DNA of 60,501 nt, filler included. It is 5 parts of 5 records of this genome, joined end to end, with 100 filler letters (N's around TTAATTAATTAA, not from the genome) between each part and the next. Parts side by side here need not be neighbours in the genome. Positions count along the whole stretch, not along the records: positions 49,553 to 55,254 come from DRR723986_61789; positions 55,355 to 60,501 come from DRR723986_64021; 3 more parts are not named here. The stretch is one strand, 5' to 3'. The translations under genes and the position numbers were made by a program. The notes beneath the pieces are model-generated. The model did not search any database and was not told the DNA's origin. It saw nothing but the letters and a program-made list of their open reading frames with translations. Below, piece after piece: positions 51,971 through 60,387 of the stretch (positions are counted from its first letter, which is position 1; every line of letters starts with the position of its first letter).

Positions 51971-53485
51971 ATGATACGTCTTTTGCTTCTTGTTTTAACC
52001 TTTTCGAGCCTGGCCACATACTTACATGCCCGCACCTTACTTGTCGGCACGGAAGGTGAATTCAGCACTATCGAATCCGCAGCGGCGGCGGCGCAGCCTG
52101 GTGACAGTATTTTGGTGAGTGCGGGTGTGTGGGGTGGTGGCAACTTTCTGATTGATCTGCAGGGACGCGCTGATGCCTGGATACATTTGATAGGCGAAGA
52201 TACGGATGAAGCCGTAATAATTCGGGGTGGCTCAGAGGCTTTGCACATTACTGATCCTGCCTTTCTGTACATCGCGGGATTTACCTTTGAGCAGCAAACG
52301 GCCAATGGCGTTAATATCGACGATGGCGGAACCTATGCGACTCCGGCACATGATGTTCTGATTGAAGATTGCAAATTCGGGAACATCGATGCAATCGGCA
52401 ATAATGACCTACTTAAACTTTCCGGCCTCAATAATTTTACAATCCGCAATTGTGAGTTCTTCGAAGGAGCCGCAGGTGGGTCGGGAATTGATATGGTCGG
52501 TTGCCACGAAGGAATCATTGAAGACAACACGTTTCTATTTTTGGGCGCCAGTGGAATACAAGCCAAGGGCGGCACGCAATTTATCAGCATTCGCCGCAAC
52601 ACATTTTTCCGCGCCGGTGCGCGTGCACTTAACCTTGGCGGCAGCACTGGTCTGCAATTCTTTCGTCCGCTCAACGCACCCTTTGAAGCCGCCGATCTTT
52701 TTGTCTACTCCAATGTGTTCATCGAGGGAGAAGCTGCAGTAGCCTTCGTTGGTTCCGTCAGAGTTCACGTCGTTAACAATTCATTCTACCATCCGCAAAA
52801 ATGGGTGGCACGCATCCTGCAGGAAACCGTGGATCCAGACCGTTTTCTGTCCTGCGGCGACAATGTATTTCGCAACAACCTGGTTGAAGTCAACGCCCAG
52901 CTCTCGCGTCCGTTTAACGTCGGACCGGATACGCGCCCGGAGTCATTCACTATCGACCACAATTTGTGGTATGACGCCAATGCGCCATGGAGCTACGATC
53001 GCGATTTTCCGGTCCCGCAGATCGGATCCATCTACGATCAAAATCCCATGATTCAGAGTCCACTTGATGGTGACTTTACGTTGCTGCCCGGCAGCCCGGC
53101 CATTGGGCGTGGACTGCCCGTTGAGCTTCCGGAACTTGACTTTCAAGGCCGGCAGTTTGGATTACCGCGTTCAATCGGTGCTATGGAATTTGACGATGCT
53201 GTCGCAACAAACGTAGCAGAAATGGACGCGGTACAAGCTCTGCAACTCTTTCCCAACCCGGCGCATGCAAGGCTAACAATCACACTTCCCCACAAGGTTG
53301 CAGTTGACGCCAAGGTAGAGCTGACCGTGACAACACTCGACGGCAAGTCACAAACATTGGACTATCGATTGTTAGACAACATTACGCTGGAAACTACAAC
53401 ACACAACTTGCCACAGGGCGTATACCTCCTCCAGCTTGCGGTCGGAAATTTTCACACGGCCGAACTCTTTTTTAAAAATGACTAA
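51971..53485 (+). CDS. Right-handed parallel beta-helix protein with T9SS-type C-terminal domain
   Basis: ATG 51971 gives a signal peptide; AQPGD.I...G.W start, PbH1-like repeats, LLPGSPAIG.G, D..G..R..GA.E; LFPNP...LPQGVYLL CTD. Confidence 0.85.
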   Translation: MIRLLLLVLTFSSLATYLHARTLLVGTEGEFSTIESAAAAAQPGDSILVSAGVWGGGNFLIDLQGRADAWIHLIGEDTDEAVIIRGGSEALHITDPAFLYIAGFTFEQQTANGVNIDDGGTYATPAHDVLIEDCKFGNIDAIGNNDLLKLSGLNNFTIRNCEFFEGAAGGSGIDMVGCHEGIIEDNTFLFLGASGIQAKGGTQFISIRRNTFFRAGARALNLGGSTGLQFFRPLNAPFEAADLFVYSNVFIEGEAAVAFVGSVRVHVVNNSFYHPQKWVARILQETVDPDRFLSCGDNVFRNNLVEVNAQLSRPFNVGPDTRPESFTIDHNLWYDANAPWSYDRDFPVPQIGSIYDQNPMIQSPLDGDFTLLPGSPAIGRGLPVELPELDFQGRQFGLPRSIGAMEFDDAVATNVAEMDAVQALQLFPNPAHARLTITLPHKVAVDAKVELTVTTLDGKSQTLDYRLLDNITLETTTHNLPQGVYLLQLAVGNFHTAELFFKND

Positions 53486-53825
53486 TTCGCATTTGTTTTT
53501 TAATTCACATTTTTCAATATTCTGACGTCGCACCGCCAAAGAACAATCCGATGTTCTTACCGACAGCGTCGATTATATCGGCAATGTATCATTTACAAAA
53601 TGTCTACTGTTCGGCATTTGTAAGTGTCTCAGGGTCTGTCAGGTCGATTAAACCCGCGCCTGGCGGACGATTAACGTCACTACATTCTGACACTGCTTTT
53701 CAACTTCCGGCTCTGACCGGGACGCATAGACTGTTTCTAATTTGCTGTTAAACGCGCAACCGACTGCCACCGCCGTTAAACCGCTTAACCATATGTTAAT
53801 ATCCATTACTTTTCAGGAGTCCATT

Positions 53826-54197
53826 ATGCAACGCATAGTAGGAATGCTTAGCGCTATTTGTTTGACCTTTGTTTTGATGGCAATGTTACCGGCACAGGCC
53901 GACGCCGGATGCCACAATGGCTGGAAGTTTGTTAACGATGGCCCATGCGCTATTAAAATCACAGTCAACACTGATGGCCCGTGCCTCCAGGCACAGAATG
54001 TGTTTACGATTCCTGCTAATTCGACGCTCACGGTGTCTGAAGTCTGCTGTATAACAGCTGTAAAAGTCGAACTCGGTGGCCCATGTTTTGGTTCACAAAT
54101 CTTCCTGCCGGTACGTTGTATTACAGGGCAGCAGTGTGACTTGCCTGCGCCGTTTACGTCGGTTGGGGTCCGCGAGTGTTTGGTCAGAATCAATTAA
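53826..54197 (+). CDS. Small secreted Cys-rich protein, paralog 1 (123 aa)
   Basis: AGGAG at 53815 before ATG 53826; signal peptide ending ADA; homologous to the next ORF. Confidence 0.8.
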   Translation: MQRIVGMLSAICLTFVLMAMLPAQADAGCHNGWKFVNDGPCAIKITVNTDGPCLQAQNVFTIPANSTLTVSEVCCITAVKVELGGPCFGSQIFLPVRCITGQQCDLPAPFTSVGVRECLVRIN

Positions 54198-54314
54198 ACA
54201 CCTGCACCATGTAATTAACATAAATATTCGGCGAACAGGGTTCAGTTGTTCTTTTGTGAGCATTCCCTGCGCTGCCATCGCCGACTTTTTCAAACTGTTC
54301 AAGGAAAGTTCAAG

Positions 54315-54680
54315 ATGAAGACACATAAGTTTGCACTGTTCCTGTGTGCCGTACTTGGACTCTTCAGTCTCGCAGCCCAGATCGAAGCGGCAGACTGCAC
54401 GTTTGGTTTAAAGTTTGTTAATGACGGCCCCTGCACTGTACGCTTCACGGCCACAACAAATAACGGTTGTGCTATATCAAGCACCGTGGTTCCGCCGGGC
54501 TGGAGTGCTTTTGTCCAGGGCAGCAACTGCTGTTTTGAAGCTGTAGAGGTGGAAATCATTGGTGACTGTCAGGGCATTCCTGGTGGCACAACCTACTATA
54601 CGGAGGTAGGTTTTGGCATCGTATTACCGGGTCCGTACAGCGCACTTTCGCTGGACGAGTGTGAAGCACGCATTTTTTAA
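54315..54680 (+). CDS. Small secreted Cys-rich protein, paralog 2 (121 aa)
   Basis: AAGGA at 54301 before ATG 54315; signal peptide; shares KFVNDGPC and the Cys pattern with paralog 1. Confidence 0.8.
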   Translation: MKTHKFALFLCAVLGLFSLAAQIEAADCTFGLKFVNDGPCTVRFTATTNNGCAISSTVVPPGWSAFVQGSNCCFEAVEVEIIGDCQGIPGGTTYYTEVGFGIVLPGPYSALSLDECEARIF

Positions 54681-54850
54681 ACACTTGTGATTGGCGGACT
54701 GTAAAACTGTTGCGCGCGCATTAACATTCTGCCCTAAGAACTCAGTTGCTAAGGTGCGGACTAAAAGCCTTGCACCTTACCACTCCGTGACAAACAACAT
54801 TGCTATTAAAGCCTGAGATGCACCCAAGCCTTTGGCGCGGGGCAGCTCAA

Positions 54851-54890
54851 AGTGTTCTGGGGCGTTCTGGAGCGTTTTGGGGCGATCTGG
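54851..54890. repeat. Degenerate 10-nt tandem repeat, 4 units
   Basis: agtgttctgg ggcgttctgg agcgttttgg ggcgatctgg. Confidence 0.75.
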
Positions 54891-55254
54891 AGTAGAATTG
54901 GCGGAACAGGGGCAGAAAAAGATTTTTGAGCGCTTCGCCGCGGCATGCGATGCCTGCCATTTCGGCTTGCTTTTTACTCTTGTTAGTTAGCGGGTGTGAA
55001 GTTAGAGTCTATTGATTATTTAAGTTTTTTGGCGCGCAGCCCTAATCCTGACAGTGTTGAGAGCCTTTTGGCTGGGAAATTCGCGGTGACGGTCGGGAGT
55101 TCAAAAGCCGCGGAGTGAGCAACGCCAGGTTTTTGGGAGGTCAGAAATTGGGTAGTATGAAGTTAGTTATAGCTGGTAGCGGCAGATTCGCGGGTTGGCT
55201 GGTAGTTTGGGGAATGAGGAGGGATTAACGGGCAGTGTGAACTGTTTAACGGGA

Positions 55255-55354
55255 NNNNNNNNNNNNNNNNNNNNNNNNNNNNNNNNNNNNNNNNNNNNTT
55301 AATTAATTAANNNNNNNNNNNNNNNNNNNNNNNNNNNNNNNNNNNNNNNNNNNN
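55255..55354. other. Artificial contig spacer
   Basis: N44-TTAATTAATTAA-N44. Confidence 0.98.
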
Positions 55355-55408
55355 TAGAGAGGGGAAAGCGGAGGTGCGTATATATAAGTGTTGTGTACAA
55401 TTTGAAAA

Positions 55409-56038
55409 ATGAGATTTAACAAACCAGCATATCCAACAGTTCATTTTAGCGAAGAAATTTGGGTTAATTGTCCAAAGTGCTCTGAACCTGCTTTGGTAAA
55501 AACCGAACTACCAAAATATACGATACTTTTTCCTTGGGGACACAAATCAATCTGTAGCTGCAGTCATTGTGGATTCCAAGAAACGAACGAGAGTAATTGG
55601 TCGGGGTTTGTTCAGGGGTTTATTAACCGAGCATGCGGAAATTGTGGAAGTGGAATATCTTACACCACGGAACCGACAAAAGAACCATATGAAACATCAG
55701 AAATTACATGTGACGTATGCAAGGCAACAAGAGAGTATGAGATTAAATGGTATCGCTACCGAAATGACAAACCTACAGACCCTTATTTTGGGTTTGATTT
55801 ATTTCTTCAAACCAGTATAAAAGATAATGTACTTTGGTTGTACAATATTGACCATTTAGACTATCTAAAAGAATATGTTGAAGCTAAGCTTAGGGAAGAT
55901 GATGGAAGACACAAATACTCTATGATAACAAATTTACCTCAATGGGTTAAGTCAAGTAAGAATCGTGAAGTGATTGTCAAAAAGGTTAATAAGTTGAGGC
56001 ACGAATTAGAAAAGAAAACTGTACACAACAACACCTAA
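55409..56038 (+). CDS. Hypothetical zinc-ribbon protein (cassette 1)
   Basis: Four CxxC motifs (CPKC, CSHC, CGNC, CDVC); DPYFG..L.LQ...LW.YN..HL and LPQWVK motifs. Confidence 0.8.
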   Translation: MRFNKPAYPTVHFSEEIWVNCPKCSEPALVKTELPKYTILFPWGHKSICSCSHCGFQETNESNWSGFVQGFINRACGNCGSGISYTTEPTKEPYETSEITCDVCKATREYEIKWYRYRNDKPTDPYFGFDLFLQTSIKDNVLWLYNIDHLDYLKEYVEAKLREDDGRHKYSMITNLPQWVKSSKNREVIVKKVNKLRHELEKKTVHNNT

Positions 56039-56083
56039 GAAAACATGCCCTTCGGGACACGTTTCTTAGCCAAACGTAGCTGC
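56023..56083 (+). other. attC-like recombination site (about 60 bp)
   Basis: ACACAAC, 5 nt, CTAAGAAA...cTTCGg loop...TTTCTTAG, 6 nt, GTAGCTG. Confidence 0.7.
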
Positions 56084-56108
56084 AACCTAAAACATCAAAA
56101 ACACAATA

Positions 56109-57148
56109 ATGAAATTTCTTCTGTCAACATTCACTTTACTTCTGTTTTTTTCTTGTGACGGACAGCAACACAAAACTGTTGAATTAAAAGAACCTAAAGT
56201 TTATACGAGTGCTGACATTGTTACAAGCAATTTACTAGACAAAAATGGAAACCTATGGTTTGGAACATCAACCGAAGGACTTTAAAATATGACGGAAAAA
56301 CATTCACTAATATTAATGAAGAAAAAGGTCTTTGTTCTAATCAAATTTGGAGCATTATTGAAGATGACAAAGGGATAATCTGGCTGGCAACAAATAAAGG
56401 ATTGTGCAAATACAATGGCAAGGTGTTTACACAAATTTCACTTCCCTATGTTGAAACAAGTAGCGAATGGTACAAAAACATTTACCCAACAGTCAACCCA
56501 AATCAAGCAAATTCAATAATTCAAGACAATATTGGAATATTTTGGATTGGAACTTCAGGTGGTGGTGCTTACAAATATGACGGAACAACATTTCAAAGCA
56601 TATTGGCTGACAAAGGCAGAAAATATGAAGACAGTCTTCATCACAATGTCATACAAAGCATTATACAGGACAAAAATGGAAACATTTGGTTTGCTTCAAT
56701 GAGTAATGGGGGACTTACAAAATACAATGGCGAAACATTCCAAGAGTTCAAAACGGAAAATGGATTAAGTGATAATATGGTTCGTTATCTCTATCAAGAC
56801 CAAGAAGGAAATATTTGGATAGGAACAAATGGAAATCGAAATAGTGGATTGGATAAGTTTGACGGAAAAGACTTTAGTAACTTTAATGAAAGTAATGGTT
56901 TGTGCAGTAATAATGTTGCCGTTATATTCCAAAGTTCAGACGGAATAATTTGGTTAGGTAGCGACAGAGAAGCTCTTTGCTATTTTGAAAATGGAAGTTT
57001 CAAATCTTTAGACAAATTATCAGGAATTTCGATAAGGACAATCATAGAAGATAAAGATGGAAATATTTGGTTCGGTGGCAGAAAAGGAAATTTGTGGAAA
57101 TATGACGGAGAGAAATTGACAGACCTAACCCAATGGAAAAATGAATAA
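56109..57148 (+). pseudogene. Frameshifted beta-propeller (Reg_prop) lipoprotein (cassette 2)
   Basis: ATG 56109, lipobox FFS-C, first repeat DKNGNLWFGTSTEGL, then TAA at 56283; repeats continue in the frame of track ORF 56255-57148. One missing base restores GLYKYDG. Confidence 0.8.
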
Positions 57149-57156
57149 AAGGCAGC

Positions 57157-57223
57157 AGCGAACAAGGTATGTGCATGGCTTCCTAACGTCAGCCACGACA
57201 CTATATACAAACCGTTGTTGTAG
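57157..57223 (+). other. attC-like recombination site
   Basis: AGCGAAC just after the stop, GTATGTGCATGGCT / AGCCACGACACTATATAC imperfect stem, then GTTGTTGTAG. Confidence 0.6.
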
Positions 57224-57247
57224 GGCATTTGCCAAAGACGTAACACT

Positions 57248-57505
57248 ATGATTACAGCAGAGAAAATAGAAATTTATCGAAAATACGGAGGAGATATTGA
57301 TGGTTTATCTCGAGGAGGTAAAAGCGAAGAAAAGGCATTGTTAGAAGATAAAGATTGGTGGTTAATTGATAGCATATTACAAGATTTAGAGATGATTAAC
57401 AAAGGACTATGTTCTTGGGACTTTTTAGCGCGATTTGAAAAATTATTGGAAGATAATTTTGACAGTGGAGCAAGAGAACTGATTTGTAGGAACAGTTTAT
57501 ATTAA
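57248..57505 (+). CDS. Hypothetical protein, 85 aa (cassette 3)
   Basis: ATG about 30 nt after the GTT core site; natural-looking helical sequence (IY.KY.GDIDG). Confidence 0.75.
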   Translation: MITAEKIEIYRKYGGDIDGLSRGGKSEEKALLEDKDWWLIDSILQDLEMINKGLCSWDFLARFEKLLEDNFDSGARELICRNSLY

Positions 57506-57596
57506 TAAATAACACTCCGAAACGCAAAGGATTGTTTAAAGTAAACAAGGAGGATTATGTGCTCAATGTTTATCGACTGATTGAGAAATTGGATAA

Positions 57597-57707
57597 ATGA
57601 AATATAAAAACTACAAATCAACCATTCACAATTTTGCACATTCGTTCATGAGCATTAATTATAAGAAAAGTAGTCGATTAGCAATTAATGTTCTGATTGA
57701 TCACTAG
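57597..57707 (+). pseudogene. Probable truncated gene remnant (36 codons)
   Basis: MKYKNYKSTIHNFAHSFMSINYKKSSRLAINVLIDH*, reading like a protein N-terminus cut short before the next attC-like site. Confidence 0.4.
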
Positions 57708-57741
57708 CTCGTGGAACAATAAGATTAAAATTGAAACATGG

Positions 57742-57923
57742 CTATAACATTTTCTAGGAATGAATAGGGAGGCTTCGGTCTGGATATTTTCGTGGGAATT
57801 ACAAAGTCCGCCACAATTTATAGATTTAAAACAAGAGGTGACTTTGAGCAGCTAAAAAGGTTAGTGAATTCTAATCTCCACTTATCAATAGCTCAGCGTT
57901 GGGAAATTTTAAGAACGTTGTAA
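57742..57923 (+). other. Long degenerate attC-like site
   Basis: CTATAAC at 57742; remnant arms CTAGGAATGAATAGGGAG / CTCCACTTATCAATAG; GTT cores at 57898 and 57917. Confidence 0.45.
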
Positions 57924-57946
57924 CCAATAATTCAATCAAATTCAAA

Positions 57947-58648
57947 GTGAATATATTTTCTTATCATTTAGTAAAGCTTCCATTTTTTGATGCGATAAAA
58001 TGTATATTCTCGAATCCTATTTCCAAGAACACCATAGGGCTGGTTCACTCAGAATGTATGACAACGATGACCTTAGGTTCTCCTATCTTTTCTACCTCTA
58101 GGGTTTTAATCGGGCAAGTCGCCATTTTCATACAGTGGGAAGATGAAATTGCACTCGAGAACTATTTAGATAAGGACAGTTTTGGTAGAATTCTAGCAAA
58201 AGGCTGGCACGTGCGGATGTCTTTTATCAGAGCATGGGGGAGAATCAGAGGATTTAAAATACCAGATAGTAGAACCAACTTGGAAACTACAAATTCTCCA
58301 GTGGTCGCTGTGACTTTGGCCCGAATGAAACCTTTTGCAGTCCCAAGATTTATTCATTGGGGAAGGCCAGTAGAAAAGCTGGTACGAGACCATCCAGGAA
58401 CCATACTTTCGTTAGCATCAGTGAAGTTTCCAAACACCGTCTCAACTTTTTCAATTTGGAAAACCGAAAAAGAAATGACAGATATGGTTCGTGGGCATAG
58501 TGCAGTTGAAAAACCTAAACGACATTCGGCTGCAATGGAAGAAAGAGAGAGGAAAGAATTTCATTTTGAGTTTGTGACACTAAGGTTTCGACCTATTTCT
58601 GAATTTGGTAAATGGAAAGGCCAATCGAATTTTATTTCCAGCACTTAA
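57947..58648 (+). CDS. Spheroidene monooxygenase (CrtA)/DUF3291-like dimeric alpha-beta barrel protein
   Basis: QWEDE.AL..Y, PVVAVTLAR, TFSIW....M, H..AM and F..LRFRP....G.W.G pattern. GTG 57947 is the likely start. Confidence 0.6.
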   Translation: MNIFSYHLVKLPFFDAIKCIFSNPISKNTIGLVHSECMTTMTLGSPIFSTSRVLIGQVAIFIQWEDEIALENYLDKDSFGRILAKGWHVRMSFIRAWGRIRGFKIPDSRTNLETTNSPVVAVTLARMKPFAVPRFIHWGRPVEKLVRDHPGTILSLASVKFPNTVSTFSIWKTEKEMTDMVRGHSAVEKPKRHSAAMEERERKEFHFEFVTLRFRPISEFGKWKGQSNFISST

Positions 58649-58663
58649 AGTATTCCAGGAAAA

Positions 58664-59524
58664 ATGGGAACAGCATCTAGCAAGCAGAGCGTACAGGATT
58701 GGGTTACTCAGCAATGGGTCATTCTTTTTGGAAAAAAAATTGATTTCATAGAGCATAAATGGCTTATGGGACCTTTTGGCAACACCAATGGGATCGGTAT
58801 AAAATTTATAAAGCAATTAGCAGAAAAAGAACATTTAACTATTGCTAAGGAGGAAAATGATAAAGGATTAATTCAATCAATAAAGCAACTCAATCTGACT
58901 AAAATTGAATTGCATTCGCTATCTGAAAATGTGATTGACTTTTATCAGAACACTTCGAATTACGACCTTCAATTAAGCGTAAAATGGAATCCATTTTTTA
59001 AAATATTCGGTATTTTGCTGCGGATCCTTTTCAGTAAAAGGATAGAACAATTAAATGTTCCCATTCAACGTGTTAAAGACTCCAAGGGATTGACAAGTGA
59101 AATAATCCAGCTGCTTGATCCTGTTACAAATGATGTTAAAAGGACAATTTGGTTAAGGACATTTAAATCAACAGGTCAAGTCGTTTACTCTGGTGTGTAT
59201 GAAATTTGTATCATGCCATCTGGAAAAGCATGTATAAAAGCGATTTTCCCACTGCCCAACGGAAATGCAACTGTGATTTTGTCTCCCAGAGTTGGAGGAA
59301 ATGGTGAGCTTATTTTAGAATCATCGGGGAAACAAATTGGTGATAGTGGATTTTACTTTTTGCTAAAGGATTCAAAAGGACACTTATGGACAAAATTTTT
59401 AAAATCATTTAAAGACAAACTTGTAGTAAGAAGTGTAAATGAAAGTATTTCTGCTACACAAACTCTGACTTTATGGGATATGAGAGTTTTAGAATTTGAA
59501 TACGAAATAAAGACCAAACACTAG
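58664..59524 (+). CDS. Hypothetical protein
   Basis: 286-aa ORF 15 nt after the previous gene; DWVTQQWV, FY..TS.Y, W.R, YSG.Y and FPLPNGNA motifs. Confidence 0.75.
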   Translation: MGTASSKQSVQDWVTQQWVILFGKKIDFIEHKWLMGPFGNTNGIGIKFIKQLAEKEHLTIAKEENDKGLIQSIKQLNLTKIELHSLSENVIDFYQNTSNYDLQLSVKWNPFFKIFGILLRILFSKRIEQLNVPIQRVKDSKGLTSEIIQLLDPVTNDVKRTIWLRTFKSTGQVVYSGVYEICIMPSGKACIKAIFPLPNGNATVILSPRVGGNGELILESSGKQIGDSGFYFLLKDSKGHLWTKFLKSFKDKLVVRSVNESISATQTLTLWDMRVLEFEYEIKTKH

Positions 59525-59570
59525 TAAATTAATACTGAAAACCAGAAGGTAAACTTAGCAAAGACAAACA

Positions 59571-60296
59571 ATGCCACCAATAAAGATGAGACACCTACTA
59601 TTATTGTTTTTTGTCCTGAACGTACAGGCGCATGCTTTTGGACAGCAATCTGACACAGTTTGGTTTAATAATAAATGGGAGCAGACTGAACGGGCAAACA
59701 AACACTACTACAGAGTGATTCAAAAGGATTCTGTTAATGGAAGAAAATTCATTGTACAGGATTTCTATCCTACTGGGCAATTGCAGATGAAAGGAAATTA
59801 TGTTTCTATTAATCCAGAAAAAAGAGATGGTGAATTTATTTGGTGGTTTCAGAATGGTAGCATTCAAAGAGAGGCATTCTATAAGAATGACACAATTGTT
59901 AAAATGACTGATTGGGATGAAAACGGAAAAATAGTACGCCAGCAAGAATACCTACGGACCGTAACATATCAGGATGGGGAGCCTATCTATGATTTAAAAT
60001 CAATTGACGTCGGTCCAGAGTTTCCTGGAGGCAATGCTGCTTTGTATGCTTTTATTTCTAAAAACTTGGAGTATCCAAAAGAGGCAGCAAAAAATGGGAT
60101 TACGGGGAAAGTAGTTGCCAAGTTTGTGATCGATCTAAAAGGAAAGGTTAAGAATCTAGAGATAATTCAAAGTGTTCATGAACTTTTGGATCAAGAGGCG
60201 TTAAGAGTGATGCGTTTAATGCCTAAATGGACGCCAGGAGAGCAAAATGGTAAAAAGGTGAACGTAATGCTCGCCCTGCCTATTAATTTTAATTAG
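59571..60296 (+). CDS. TonB C-terminal domain protein with MORN-like repeats
   Basis: Signal peptide; PEFPGG...L..FI.KNL.YP, G.V...FVID..G, LD.EALRV...MPKWTPG, LPINF. Confidence 0.9.
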   Translation: MPPIKMRHLLLLFFVLNVQAHAFGQQSDTVWFNNKWEQTERANKHYYRVIQKDSVNGRKFIVQDFYPTGQLQMKGNYVSINPEKRDGEFIWWFQNGSIQREAFYKNDTIVKMTDWDENGKIVRQQEYLRTVTYQDGEPIYDLKSIDVGPEFPGGNAALYAFISKNLEYPKEAAKNGITGKVVAKFVIDLKGKVKNLEIIQSVHELLDQEALRVMRLMPKWTPGEQNGKKVNVMLALPINFN

Positions 60297-60387
60297 CGAA
60301 AAATATGCTGACAAATCACTAAAAACGAAGGGAAGTCCGGAATTTCAAACCTTCCAAGCTTTGCAAATTGCTAAAACTAAGTTCTAT

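Larger units (their letters stand above)
55390..57930 (+). mobile_element. Integron-like gene cassette array (attC-like sites, no integrase in view)
   Basis: Co-oriented short genes bounded by GTT.../...AAC complementary ends with imperfect hairpins between them; see findings. Confidence 0.65.

Noticed and set aside
53813-54559. Minus-strand ORFs 53813-54193 and 54299-54559
   Set aside because: Mirror frames of the Cys-rich genes; the plus-strand ORFs have the signal peptides and SD-like sites.
56035-56069. Hairpin as a simple rho-independent terminator
   Set aside because: No U-tract, it overlaps the stop codon, and it sits inside AAC/GT boxes with bottom-strand-biased pairing.
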